Assembly (NCBI GenBank): GCA_028534125.1
Contig: CM052816.1
Span: forward strand, 78,866,001 to 78,930,000
Length of the DNA stretch: 64,000 bases
Reading direction: 5' to 3'
Source of the DNA: Lama glama
Taxonomy: Eukaryota
Part shown: one piece after another, positions 1-11,809 of the stretch
Numbering within the stretch: position 1 is the stretch's first letter
Layout of the letters: the number at the start of each line of letters is the position of its first letter
Notes under the pieces: model-generated
What the model was told of the DNA's origin: nothing
The model's database searches: none
What the model saw: only the letters and a program-made list of their open reading frames with translations
Program-made: the position numbers and the translations under genes

Positions 1-123
1 TAGGCTCACAGTAATTTTTTTGCTTCATTTTATCCTTGCAATAAAACACTGTGTAACCTTGAGCAAGGAAATGTCCTCAATGACATTCTTTCATTCTTTT
101 TCTTTTCTTAAAAAAAAGAAAAA

Positions 124-205
124 ACTTTTAATGGAGATGTAGCAAACATACAGTGTATTAATCTTAAGTGTACAGTTTGGTGAATTATATACACCCAAGA
201 AATCA
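124..205 (-). mobile_element. Short old L1 (L1M) 3' end fragment
   Basis: 'atcttaagtgtacagtttggtgaatt...atacaccc' resembles the antisense 3' terminus of L1M elements. Confidence 0.55.
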
Positions 206-599
206 CATTAATTATTGTTGCATTTTATTCTTGGAAGAATAAACATGCATTTAAGTCTCAGCTTGTTGGTATAATTTCAATATGCATAGCACACATGGAG
301 AGTTTTACTCCAAATTGCACCTAGAATCCTTAACTATATTTGAAAGTGAATATTCAGATATTAACAAATTTTGTATAACTTTGTTACAATGACTATATAT
401 GACATTAGCCCATGTGATTTTGCGATCAAGTGTACTACAAATTTTGACCAAATATTTCTCTCCATATTTGTCTGTGTTTCACGGCTCAGATTCTGTGATC
501 TATAGGGTCGTAAGTGCTACGATGAACACACTGTCATAGCAAATGACTCAACAACTCACATTACAATGAAAACATTTAAAGGATTGATTTAAGTCCACC

Positions 600-1321
600 T
601 GTTCAAATAGCCACATGGTCGGTCAAACCTGGACAATAGTGAAGATCTGGATTTCATAGAATAATATCTGACAAGGCTGATCTTGTCATGCAGGGAGTCT
701 GAGAAATAAAAATTAACTTGGAGGATAAGAATCTGTCCTGCCTGTCATCTGACTGAAATAAAAACCCCAGATAAAGCTAGTTGTAGAGTTAATAGAAAGT
801 AGTATTTCTCCCAAGGATTTGCTTCAGCAACAAAGCATCATAGTAACTCCTTTCTTTGAGTGACTGCTGTTTTTCTTATTCAATGAGAAACGTTGCTGTT
901 TGAAATGAGATGGGTTAAGAATAAAACATCTCACTCTTGCCCAGAGGATCTAAGTGGCTTTGACATGGAGGAGCAGTTTTGGTTTCTAGCCCACGTATGG
1001 AGCTTGAGGTGAGAGGTGTCTGAACTCAGCATTTCAGTTCCTTCCTAACTTGGTAGTTTCCAAGGAAATAGGACCCTGGGAAAGCACTTTGCAGTCCAGG
1101 TTTGATGTTGACTCTTTGAGCCTATCGATATACTACTTCAGTTTAATTTTACTTAACTCTACCCTTCTCCCAAACCCTATGATAAATCTATCATTTCCTT
1201 TGTTTGGTGAGCTAACCCCTGGTTCTCTGGTGTGGTCTCCGTCTTGGCAATGGATCAATAAACCTGTTTCTGTTGGCCTTTAGGTTTATCCTGGAATGTG
1301 TAAGCAAATTAGGCTAGGACA
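600..1321 (+). mobile_element. Ancient ERV1-class LTR (possibly MER110/MER89-like; family uncertain), perhaps with internal sequence upstream
   Basis: Starts TGTT. An LTR-like R/U5 segment 'ggttctctggtgtggtctcc...gcaatggatcAATAAAcctg' has its polyA signal at about 1257. Boundaries are approximate. Confidence 0.5.
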
Positions 1322-1344
1322 GTAGGTTTTATTATTTCTGTTTT

Positions 1345-1460
1345 TTAAAGATAAGGAAATTGAGGCTCAAGAAGATTAAATAAAACATACAAGGGGTTAC
1401 AGATTACAAGTGATCCCAGAATTGAAACCGAGGTCTGAAGTGTGATAAGGCCCAGTCCAT
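1345..1460 (-). mobile_element. MIR SINE
   Basis: MIR core antisense 'agataaggaaattgaggctcaaga...agaattgaaaccgaggtctga'. Confidence 0.7.
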
Positions 1461-1825
1461 GCTGACCCCCTGCCTTCATCTTCCAGCTCATTATTGCTCT
1501 ACTTTTGGTTAAGACCCCACCCAATATGAAGCCGCAAAATTCACTCATGTTACTTCTGTCTTTCTCACTCCAGCCAGTATCCAATTCTGACACACGCCAC
1601 TATTCCTCAAAACATGGCTTCAGTTTCATAGAGTTCTCTTCCAGGAACCCGGGAGAGCCATCCACCACTGAGTTCTGGGTTCTTTTTTCCTCAGCCACAC
1701 CACTCAGCCAATATTTTTAACACTCTGGGTTTTCACACTTGCACACCTGTGCTTGTGCTGTTCCCTGACTTTGGAATTCCTTGCCCAGGATTCTCTGACT
1801 GCACAAATCATTGAAAACCTTTAAA

Positions 1826-2280
1826 TTATATCAGGGTTTTTGTTGCAAACAATAGAAACCACGCTAGTTTGTTTTAGCAGACAAGTACTTTATACAGACT
1901 ATCAGACGATTTCACAGAAGCTTTGGAAGGGCGGTCACCTGACTTGAAGGCCACTCTGAAGGACTGATTAGTTCGGGGTAGACAGCACTGCTGCAGCCAG
2001 TTTCCACCTCTGACACTAGGGGGTGCTAGACCTTCTCTTGCTGCTGTGTTGGAAGCAGGTATCTGCCACCATCCTCATTAGGACTAGCTAGATCGGTGCC
2101 TTATTTGCATCATGAACCTCCAAGTCAAGTCTTACCGTGGGTGTATCAGACTGGCAGTCATATGTCTACTCTGCAGCTACAAGGGAGGCTGGGAAAAAGA
2201 GGTGTTGGCTTCCCCCTTGAGGAGGCACAGACTTACATAGCAGAGCAGTCCCACCTCACAGAAGGAGTATGCAAATAGAG
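1826..2280 (-). mobile_element. Old MaLR LTR (MLT1-type)
   Basis: 'gttgcaaacaatagaaaccacgctag' and 'ctgcagctacaagggaggctgggaaa' are typical old MLT1 motifs. Confidence 0.6.
2010..2028 (+). promoter_or_regulatory. CTCF-like motif
   Basis: CTGACACTAGGGGGTGCTA compared with consensus TGGCCACCAGGGGGCGCTA. Confidence 0.4.
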
Positions 2281-2544
2281 GAGATCCAAATGAGAATGAT
2301 AAATTTTCGTTACACTGGGGTCCAGCTCAAAAGCCTCCTCACCTGGGAAGCCTTCTCTAAAATTACAGCAAGAATTAGGTCTCTTTGTTCCATCTCTCAG
2401 TTATGTTATTTGCATATTTACTGAGTTTTTATAATTGTAACAGGTGTGATTCATAGCCCTCCCAAGTCTCCTCGCCTTTACTTCAATTTATGACTTCCAG
2501 CTGCTATAATAGCATTTTTTTTTCCCTTTAGGACTTTTTCTGGC

Positions 2545-2886
2545 CACTTAGCTTGGTTTTGTTTGCCTGTGCTGTTGGCTGAAAGGATGGAGGAATTAAC
2601 ACAGGCCAGAAGCAGCCCTCAACCGATGATGATCAGAAGGTGTATAAATATCCCAGTTCCCAGGACGAATCTGAGGCATGTGTTTAATAGTGGCCTCCAG
2701 AATTTCTCCAGCAGGAATAAGCTCGGTCACCCACAGTGGTGGCTGGTTTGATAACCCCTTTACTGGCTGCCTTCCCCTCCTTGTCTCACTTTCCCACTCC
2801 TCTGTCAACGTTTCCTTCACCTCCCAACTACTTGCGCTTGAACGTTTGTATCAAAATCTACTTCTGGTAGAACTCCAAACAGGACA
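2545..2886 (+). mobile_element. LTR16-type ERVL LTR
   Basis: 'tataaata...ctgaggcatgtg...ggctgccttcccctccttgtctcact...ctacttctgg..gaactccaaacaggaca' matches the LTR16 3' end pattern. Confidence 0.75.
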
Positions 2887-3769
2887 ACACTCTTCCCTGT
2901 ACTATTGATCTCCATTTACTTATCTGTCTCTCTTGTAAGATTTATGAAGACATGGAAAGCATAGCCATCTTTTTCTCTTATCTCTTAAGGACCTAGTATG
3001 GGCCCTTGCGTATAGGATACACTAAAAGAGATATTTTTTGCGTTGAGTTAAAATAGGGATAATGGTCAGATTTTAAGTTTATACCAATGTACAGCCACAC
3101 AATTTTACCCTTTCTGGAAGGAGTCATGACATATGACTAATAATGGCCATTTCCAATTATGGGGACTATAATTATGTAGTTGTTTCATAATCTTGGTCCA
3201 AGTATTATTATTACTTTTAAAAACATCAACCATCCAGGAGGGTTGTGGCCCATTGTGGGCTGACACTACTGATGATGTAATTACCCTGGGCCCTTTAGGG
3301 TTGAATCACCAGCCAAAGCCAAGGTCCTGTGTAAAGCACCTCATGAGGAGTGTGAAGGACAACTAGAGGAATCTGTCCGCCCCTGCGGTGGTCTCCTTCA
3401 CCCTGACCCCCTGTCTGAATCCATGCCCAAGGGGAGTAATTCCCTTCTGGGTCCCCTTCCTTGTCCCACAGGATGGGCCCCCTACCCTGAGGAACAGCTT
3501 CTGTATGAGTGGTCTTTTGCTTGTTTTATTCTTGAGTTTTTTGGTTTTGAATACAGGCCCAAGGTCTTTGGCCAGTGGGTATAATTTCAATGGGTTCGAT
3601 GGATAATGACAAATAAAAAGAATGGTGGGTATTATGTAACAGCTGGCAGGCTCTGAATGCTTTTGGCTGTGATTCTGGAAAAGCATGAGAGAGGGATGTG
3701 GTTGACATACAGAAGCAGAGTTTGAATGGAACCTTCCTAACTCTGCTTTGGCTCACTATTTCAGAAGGA

Positions 3770-4150
3770 GACTGGAGTAGGGGGCACCCAGCCCCAGGCT
3801 CCCTGCCTCTATCAGAGTACTGAAGACACTCCCAGACTTTAGACATTCTTGCATGTTTCTGGCAAGACACTCACTCTTCTCCATCCATTAACACTTACAA
3901 TCTCAGTGGCATTATGTTCCTTGAGATCCTCTGGACTAACCTCACTCTGCAGAATTCAGTTACCATCAGACACCCAAGACATCCTGGTCATCCCTTATCC
4001 CCCAGATTCTCATCTCTGGAAGATCTGTCTGTCTCCTTCACAGACCCTGTCTCTCGTCCTCCTCTAACTCTCAAGACTTTCTGTTTGCCTCTGCCACTCA
4101 GTGTATATCAGGAATTTTCCTTCTTCCTAATGTCTCTTTCACCTTCTTGT
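3770..4150 (+). mobile_element. L2 LINE fragment
   Basis: Pyrimidine-rich, L2-like sequence that appears continuous with the 4720-5260 piece across an L1 insertion. Confidence 0.4.
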
Positions 4151-4234
4151 TCTAACTGGCTCTCTGACTGCTACTTCTTATCTTATTTATTTCATTTTAT
4201 TTGTATCTACCTGTGTCTTATTTCTTCACCCCAT

Positions 4235-4712
4235 TTCCTTGCCTCCTCTCCAGAAGTAACCACTATCCCTAATTTTGTGCTTTTAATTCTCTTGATTTTT
4301 AAAATGATTTTATTGTATATGTATGCATTCCTAAGTGGTATGTTATTTAGTCACTTTTTTTTAACTTTATGGAAATGATATTATGCTGCATGTCATCATT
4401 GGAACTTGCGCCTTTCCTCACTATTCTATAAATAAGACGTCTCCATGTTGTTGGGCCTTGCTGTAGTTTGGTATAATTGCTGTATAATATTCCATGGTGT
4501 GAATATACCAGAATTTATGTTTTCTTTCCTTCCATGGCTACTTCTAGTTTTTTTAGTATCATTAACTCTGCTGCTATAAATAGCTTGTATGTACCTCCTG
4601 GTGCATATTTGCAAGAGTGTTTTTAGGAGCAGAATCGACGAGTCAAAGAGCATAAGAATGTTTGAATTCATATGATGATGTTTTGTTAGTTAAAGTGGTT
4701 GTACATCACTTC
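4235..4712 (-). mobile_element. L1ME-type LINE-1 3' fragment
   Basis: 'cagaagtaaccactatccctaattttgtg', 'tattccatggtgtgaatatacca' and 'aaagtggttgtac' are antisense L1M 3' UTR motifs. Confidence 0.75.
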
Positions 4713-4719
4713 CTATTAT

Positions 4720-5260
4720 TCCAGGTCATTTCTACGAAGTTCTGATACTAAAAACTCTCTGCCATCACTAAGACCTATGCCCATGAATCATACCACCTTT
4801 TTAGTCTCTTCAGTCTCCTACTGACCCAGCATGGAGTCTGGGACCTGTCATTATATTCACTCCTCTGCGTACACCCTTGCCTTTCTTTATTGTGCTCATC
4901 TGGCAAAACCCTAGTTCTGACTACAGCCAGACCTCTGCTGGCTCTGGACCTGCACCCACTCAAGAGAGCGTGGCTGCAGCGAGCCACACAGCCAGGCTGA
5001 CCGTTCTCACTTCACGCTCATGACCATGTATCTCACTCAGCCTGAATGACTCCTGTCAATCACACTATGCTTCTCTGGCCTATTACTCTGCCCTGGCCCC
5101 TATTTTAGACCTGTCACCTCTCTTCAGACCTTGGTTACCTCCCGCTGTGCCCTCACTCTCAGCTAATGACCCTGCCTCCTTCCTCACTGAGAAAACAGAA
5201 GCAAGTGGAAAACAACTGCCAATGGTCCACTTCTACATAGACCTCCCTACTCTGATCTGT
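4720..5260 (+). mobile_element. L2 LINE (ORF2 region remnant)
   Basis: 'ctggcaaaaccctag', 'ctcacttcacgctcatgacc' and 'cactctcagctaatgaccctgcctcc..cactgagaaaacagaagcaa' are L2 hallmarks. Confidence 0.75.
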
Positions 5261-5266
5261 GCTCAT

Positions 5267-5400
5267 TGTATCATCTATTGCTATGTAAGAAGTCACCCCA
5301 AATCTTAGTGGCTTAAGTAATGTCATTTATCATCTCGTAGTTTCTGTGGGTCACAGTTTAGTTCAGTCCTCTGGCTCTGGGGCTCCTGGCATCTTTCTTT
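5267..5400 (-). mobile_element. MLT1 LTR 3' end fragment
   Basis: 'tctattgctatgtaa...ccccaaatcttagtggcttaa...tttctgtgggtca'. Confidence 0.7.
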
Positions 5401-6047
5401 TGTGACTGAGTGCTGGTATACCTTGATCTGTAAATAGACAGGCTAATTGTGCCCTGGCCCTCGAGGACAAGTATTTATTACTAATAATGAGCTGGATGAG
5501 AAAGGCCATACTCGCTCTCATCTTCCTAAAGAACACATACTGCAGAAAATAAATTTTGTGCCATTAGTAAGTGGTAAAACTCTCTGAGATTAAACTATTT
5601 TTTTCTTAAATTGTCTCAGTGGTATTGGAATCAAGTTATAACATATAGCTGGAAAAAAAGAAGGTAATTCTTGTTTCACCTAAGACTAAAATAATTTGCA
5701 GATAGGCCAATGATTTAACTGCAGAGAAAAGAAACTATAAAGTACCAGAGAAAAAAAGAAAATCATTTTTCTTATCATCTCACAATAGGAAAGACTTTTC
5801 CAAGTAAGGTACAAAACCCAGAACCCATAAAAAAAGATGTATAAATTTGATTATATAATAATAAAAAACATCTACATGGTAAGAAAAATAATAAACAATG
5901 TGAAATGACAAATTACAAACCAGGAAAATATTTTTAATTAGTACATAGACAAAGGATATATGTATATAAATATATAGTATAAAAAGATATGTGTTTACAT
6001 ATATAAATGTGCATTATATATATTAAAAGGATATATACATATATATA

Positions 6048-6155
6048 GTATTCTCCATTGCTGTGTAACAAAATACACCAAAACTTGATGGCTTAAACAA
6101 TGTTATTTATCATTTCATGGTTTCTGTGGGTCAGGACCCTGGGCACAGCTTAGGG
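6048..6155 (-). mobile_element. MLT1 LTR 3' end fragment
   Basis: 'attgctgtgtaacaaaatacaccaaaacttgatggcttaaacaa...tttctgtgggtcagga..ctgggcacagcttag'. Confidence 0.75.
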
Positions 6156-6384
6156 ACTACAATGTTGACTATATGTGTATACACATATATGCACACAGAA
6201 AATTTTAAAAGGCCTGACAAATCAGTAAGTGGATGATCGATGCATTAATAAAACAGCAAAGGATATAAACAGACAATTGGGGAGATGCTCAAATTAATTC
6301 GGTTAGAGAAATGCAAACTATACCTACAATGAACACACATTTTCTATTAGATACCATGTTTTACAAATATATAAACATAGACAT

Positions 6385-6530
6385 TATATGTATTTAACTC
6401 ATTTAATCCTCTCAAAAAATCTATGAGGTAGGTCCTATTATCCTCATATTGTAAATAAAAGGAAACTGGGGCCCAGAAAGAGTAAGCCGTTTGCCAAGGA
6501 CAGCTGAAAAATAGCAGAACCTCTGTGTCT
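6385..6530 (-). mobile_element. MIR SINE
   Basis: 'tcatttaatcctctcaaaaaatctatgaggtaggtcctattatcctcat...ggaaactggggcccagaaag'. Confidence 0.8.
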
Positions 6531-7738
6531 CCCACCTATTTGCATAAGCAGGAAATAATGTAAGTACAAGGATATTCACTGTAGAGCCTGGAACAAAGCA
6601 AGCCCTGGGTAAGCGTTGGCTAAATAAGTAAATAAGTTTTGCTTATTATAGCAAAGGTTGGAAACAATCTACATGCCCCCAAGAGGAAACTGACTAAATA
6701 TAATATGGTCCAGCTCAAAGAATGAGGCAGGGAGGGAACTGATACTCAATGATCTCCAAGGTTAATAACGAAGTGAGAAAAGCAAGATGCAGAAAAGTAT
6801 GTATAGCACACATATCTATCACATAACATAAGAGACGTATTTGTAAATGCATGGTCTATCTCTGGAGGAATTGACAAGAAATCGATAAGAAGGATGACCT
6901 CCAGAGAGAGCCAGAGGCTGGGTGACAGAGGAGGAATGTGGACTACTTCTCTTACTGCATCCATTCCTTCTTTCTTTGCTTTTGTGTGTGCATCTGCTAC
7001 CTATTCAAATGAATGAAAAATTTAAAGTGAAATAGTGATAATTTAAAAAGAACTAAAATAAAATAGACTTTAAGCAACAGAATAAAAACATAGTATTACA
7101 GAATGAGCTGTAACTTACTGTCTGTGTTTAAAAGAACAGGGAAGAGTGTTTATATGCAAAAATAGACATAGTCCAAGGATGTTAACACAGCGTGGAAGCC
7201 AGATATTCTGGATCCATCTCTTGGTTTTGACTTTGGCTGCTGGGGCCTGAGGCTAGTGAATTAAGCCAGTCAAATCTGGATAATAGTACTTAATGATCAA
7301 GCTCACCTCTGCACTGTGAAAACCAATTACTTGATGTTGGTGAAAGGCTTTGAAGGTGCAACATTCCGGGGTGTGAGGCAGAGCCTGTTCAGACCTGCCT
7401 GCTGTCATGGGAGCTGAGATTCCAGAGTCTAGGCTTTGAGGAGACTTTCAATCACTATTTAGTTAAACAATTTTTTTTTTTAAAGTGCCAGTGCTTCCAA
7501 ATGTTTCTTAAGTGTGTGTGCCCAGAAAAGTGGCCTATTTTAGTTGAGTTTTCTGATTCCCGTATTACTTTTCCATAACATCGCCAATGTAAGTAAATTT
7601 TGAATGTCATGATTTCAGGAAAATGTGTTCTTTTTCAGAGAAGGGAAGTGAGGCTTAAGATTTACCATAGTATACAATTCAATAAGGAAATGATAAACCC
7701 TTTGGAAAATTACAGTGAGTTAGGGACTAATACTGGCT

Positions 7739-7741
7739 TTT

Positions 7742-7781
<40 letters not shown>

Positions 7782-7870
7782 AAATTATATATATTTACAT
7801 AATTTATCTATATAAATTTATATAATTTATATTTAAATGTATAATTTATATACATATATATATATTTAAT
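7739..7870. repeat. (TA)16 microsatellite inside a 46-bp perfect palindrome, followed by AT-rich low complexity
   Basis: TTTTAAC(TA)16GTTAAAA at 7739-7784, read directly. Confidence 0.95.
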
Positions 7871-7936
7871 TAGTCTGTAGAATTATAACACCCCCAAAGA
7901 GAAATGTATAGTCTATGAAGATAAAGGAAATGAGAA

Positions 7937-8361
7937 TGCTGGTGGACAATTCTCCATGGATGTCTCACATTTCTGCATATCTTGCAAGCAATGCACTGAC
8001 TATTCTTTTTTCTGGAGTACATTTTTAAGGATATTTGTATTGTTAACAGCCTGGAAGATAGAGATTGTGTCTTCCTCTGGAGCAAATGGCAGTTTTGCTT
8101 GCTGCACTTTGTATCAAAGACCTAAGTTCTCTAAGTTCCGAGTTCCTCTCCTGTGAGGTCCTCCCTGGCCCTTTGCACACCACCCTGTGTAATTGGGGCT
8201 TGAAGAACTGATGCAAATACACTGATATTTTGGCTACTGCTATTGCTGTGAGAAATAAACCAAGAAGTCTCGTATCTTCTACTAGCATCCATTAAACTGT
8301 AGCTGGATGGCTTCTTAGCTTGTAAGTGGAGTAAAGTCACAAACACTTCACATTCTTGAGA
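7937..8361 (+). mobile_element. LTR40-type ERVL solo LTR
   Basis: Begins 'tgctggtggacaattctccatgg..tctcacatttctgca', has AATAAA at about 8254 and ends 'ttcttgaga'. Flanks GAGAA/GAGAC form a 4/5 TSD. Confidence 0.8.
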
Positions 8362-8387
8362 GAGACATGTTCTTCTGATCATCGCTA

Positions 8388-8697
8388 TACAATAGAAATG
8401 TAATGCAAGCCACTCATGTGAGCCAGATGCATAATTTAAAATTTTACAGATACTGCATTAAAAAGCTACAAGAACTAGGTGAAATTGACTTTAAGAATAT
8501 ATTTCATTTAACCCAATATAGCCAAAATATTATCATCTTAATATGTAATTGGTATAAAAATTATTAGTGAGCTATTGTACATTCTTTCTGTGTATGAAGT
8601 CTTCAAAGTCCAGGGTGTTTTTAATACATACAGTACATCTCAATTCTGATTCTCCACTTCAAGTGTTCAGTAGTCATCATTTTTGACAGTGCAACTC
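8388..8697. mobile_element. MER33-type hAT-Charlie MITE
   Basis: 'aatagaaatgtaatgcaagccac...ggtgaaattgactttaa..atttaacccaatatagccaaaatattatc...cagtacatctcaatt'. Confidence 0.8.
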
Positions 8698-10409
8698 TGG
8701 ACCATGAAATACGATAGAATGAAAATAAAAGCCTTCAAGCCTGAAATAAATTTTCTCTTAAAAAAGAACTCAGAATGTCAGTGATACCGCTCATTGGGCT
8801 TGTCACTCTGGAGACCCTGAGCCGTGTCCTGCTTGTTCCAAAATTTGTCTGACAGACCAGGAAACCCTTCAAGCATTATTTAATCCTCCTGTGCCCTTTA
8901 AGGTGCATTTGGGATTTCTGGTTCTCCTGTAGCTGCCTGTCATAAGATAGGAATGTAGGATAAGAGTCATTAAAGACAAATTTGATACCAATCCATCAAG
9001 CCCTGCCTTGTCCTCATGTTTCCAGCAACTGAAATTTAAATGTGCCTTAACTTTCCCTTCTAGCTTTTTCCTTTGAGAAGTTTATCCACCCAGCTAGCGC
9101 AGGGGAGAAAATCCTAACCTCAGCTTGTATTATATTAGCATGGAAGTAGGAGATTTGATACTCATTCAATTTTGAGGAGGGAAAAAGAGGTGACTTCAGC
9201 CAGGCACTCTTCACCTCACTTTGCTGTCCTCCCTGCCTCGTTCCAGGGCTGCCACGTGATCACATGGGCTCCCAGCAGCAGTTGAGGGGTTGACAGAGGA
9301 AGAGAACCCTGAATGTCAGATGCAAGGATGCTGACTATAAAGTAAATAATTACCAAATCTTTTTTATCATTTGGAGCTGAGGAGATACAGCCCCAATAAC
9401 GTCAAGGTTTCAAAACAAGAAATGTAAGTTTGCAAGAATCATACACTCTGCTCCTCAAAGATGGTCAGATCTTCCATATATGACAAAAGAGCAGAAAGTG
9501 GAAGAAATTCATCTGAATCCTCTGACCTCCCCAAAATCCAATGCTGGAGAAAAGGACTCTTGGATAAAAAAATATTACAAAATTTCATCTAAAATATATT
9601 TTAGAGACAAGTTCTGCACAGGGAAAAGTCACTTCAGTTTACTAGATAAATAAACCACTCTCTTTGTAAGGATCCCCTAACACCGAAAGTGGGTGAGTTA
9701 AATAATGACGCGTATGACTAAGTCTGGTCAGGCATCCTGGACGTTAAGTGTCGGTCCTCAGACCCCAGACCCGAAATACCTCAGGGCCTCAGCAGGGGTC
9801 TGTGGAAGAGACAGCCCTGACCCCCTGTCTGAGCGTGGGGGAGAAGTCCACTCCACAGAGTAAGACCACAGAGGTCTTCCGCCAACCGATGCCCTAGCAT
9901 TGTCTGTCATCCTGTTCCATTGCATGAAGCTGGCATTTGGTCTAAGGCAGAGGCTCACCTTCGCAGAGGTCCTGCCCCTCCCCTGTGCTTCTACTCAGTA
10001 GTGGCTGTCAGTCCCTTCAGTGACATCCCGTGCCCTCCTCTTTTGTATGAACCTTTCTCTTTTATCCGGCACCCTGACTTCCCAATGCTCTTCCTAAGAT
10101 TCTCCCCACTTCTTCTGCTGTATGTCTCAGTAGCTGCAGTTTGGGTTTCATACCCAGACTTTGGCCAAATCATTCCCTGGTTTTGGACCTACCACTGTCT
10201 TGGCACCTGGCCCATTCCATATTCAGCTGGTACTTCTTGCTGTATTTGGCTTTGGTTTCCGCACCTTTGGGTAAGAGGCACCTCCCCCTACACCCAGTTG
10301 GGTGCTCTTTTAGGCAGCCATTAACTTTGCTGGCTGTCATACATTCCTTGTATTAGACAATCTCTCGGTTCTCTTCTCCCCTCTCCTCTCCCTCTACTCT
10401 AATGACAAT

Positions 10410-10630
10410 GTGATATAGTAAAAAGCCTATGGGATTTGGAGTTAGTAGGAACAGTGTTGATTCCAGGATGGCACCTTGCTGGGTAACCTTGGCAGTTACT
10501 CATAACCTAAGCCTGGTTCTTAAACCCTAAATTGGGGATGATAGCAGTCAGTGCTTAGCTGTGTCCTACAAGGAGGAAAAGATGTGTGAGGGCCAGTGTG
10601 CAAGGGCCGGGCATAAACTGACACATGAGC
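10410..10630 (+). mobile_element. MIR SINE (degenerate)
   Basis: 'gggatttggagttag...ggtaaccttggcagttactcataacct..aaattggggatgatag'. Confidence 0.6.
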
Positions 10631-11019
10631 GCGGCATGTTTGAAGGTCAAGGAGCTGAGAGTTCTAAACCCAAGTGACTTTTGGTTTGCCTGATTCTTTT
10701 CGCCTAAAATTTATTTTTTTAAACACAGATATGTATCTTGTAACTCCTGCTGTATTACATTACAAAATCTTTGACCTGATATGCGTTATTATTTGCATTC
10801 CTTTCAGTAGCGCCTTGACCGTTATAGTCAAGTATTTCTTGGCTTGGGTGGAACAGAGAGTTCCCAAATGAGGGCTTCCAAAAAGGAACCCTTTAAGGCT
10901 TTTGAATAGGAAATCCACATCATGACGGTGGGTTGTAGAAAGCCTGAGACCCAGTGTAACAGAGCTGTCTGGAAGCAGGGAGGCTAGGGGTTGGAACATT
11001 CGACAGATGTGAGGTTTTG

Positions 11020-11180
11020 GACAAAGTGTTTAGCTTTTCAGCTTCAGTATCCCTGTGGGTATATTAGGGACAATAATGCTATCTACTCCATAGAATTGAT
11101 AGGAGGATGCACTAGAAAATCCACAATACTTGATTATCAAGGTGCCTGGCATGTTGGACTTGCTCAACAGACACTGACTG
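11020..11180 (+). mobile_element. MIR SINE (degenerate)
   Basis: 'ttggacaaagtgtttagc..gcttcagtatcc...gggacaataatgctatctac...gtgcctggcatg'. Confidence 0.6.
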
Positions 11181-11199
11181 TGATGGTTTTAATGTTTGC

Positions 11200-11525
11200 C
11201 TCAAACACCTTCTGAAGCTGTTCTCAGTATAGAGTGATCCTTTTCAAATGTCAACAGATCACGTCACTCTGCTGCTCTGAATCCCCTCCATTCAGTGTGA
11301 AAGTCAAGGTCGTTGCAGAAGCCCACCCAGGTGCACTACTTCCTTTTCCTACTCTGTTTCCTTTTTCTGTTAGCATATAATACCTCTTTAAAAAACAGTT
11401 GATTTACTTATTTGGTGTGCATACTGCTTAGTGTCTGTTTCTCACTCCTGGACTGTAAGCTCCATGCGGGGGTGGGGTCTATTCCGTTCACTGTTAGTGA
11501 ATGAATGGATGAATGAATGAATGTA
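11200..11525 (+). mobile_element. L2 3' end (L2a-like)
   Basis: 'agagtgatccttttcaaatg..cagatcacgtcactc', 'ggactgtaagctccatg' and the terminal (ATGA)n tail. Confidence 0.75.
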
Positions 11526-11676
11526 TTTCTCACAACCAAGATGGCCTCTACTTCTTCCTATATCACTTTGATGGCTATTCTCTTATGTGAATTACTATAG
11601 TCTAAATTATACTCTACTATTTTGAGATTTGCATTAGCCCCTTAGTCAAAGTGTAAGCTCCTTAAGTATGAGTCTT

Positions 11677-11809
11677 TTTAAAAAAATTTTATTATCTTTT
11701 GGTGGGGGTAGGCAACTAGGTTTATTTATTTTAATGGAGGCACTGGGGATTGAACCCAGGACCTTGTGCATGCTAAACATACACTCTACTGCTGAGCTAT
11801 ACCTTCCCC
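11677..11809 (-). mobile_element. tRNA-derived camelid-type SINE (vic-1-like), inserted in an L2 3' end
   Basis: The minus strand reads GGGGAAGGTATAGCTCAGCAGTAGAG (A box) ... GGGTTCAATCCCCAG (B box), then an A-rich tail. TSD: TAAGTATGAGTCTT (11663-11676) / TATGTAGGAGTCTT (11815-11828). Confidence 0.9.

Larger units (their letters stand above)
5620..7060 (+). mobile_element. Fragmented L1ME-type LINE-1 (ORF2 end plus 3' UTR), interrupted by MLT1 and MIR-like pieces
   Basis: 'acaaaacccagaacccataaaa..ataaatttgattatata', 'ggatataaacagacaatt', 'gagaaatgcaaact', 'ttggaaacaatctacatgccc' and 'gaaaaagcaagatgcaga'. Confidence 0.7.

Noticed and set aside
3914..4378. 154-aa hydrophobic ORF resembling a membrane protein
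   Set aside because: It is the translation of pyrimidine/T-rich L2 and antisense L1 sequence.
5267..6155. Two similar ~100-nt segments about 780 bp apart, suggesting a segmental duplication or paired LTRs
   Set aside because: Both are diverged MLT1 ends and the intervening sequence is L1-derived. Independent insertions explain them.
11740..11809. tRNA-like sequences (also about 27835-27907 and 58460-58534)
   Set aside because: These are SINE heads followed by A-rich tails (two with clear TSDs), not tRNA genes.
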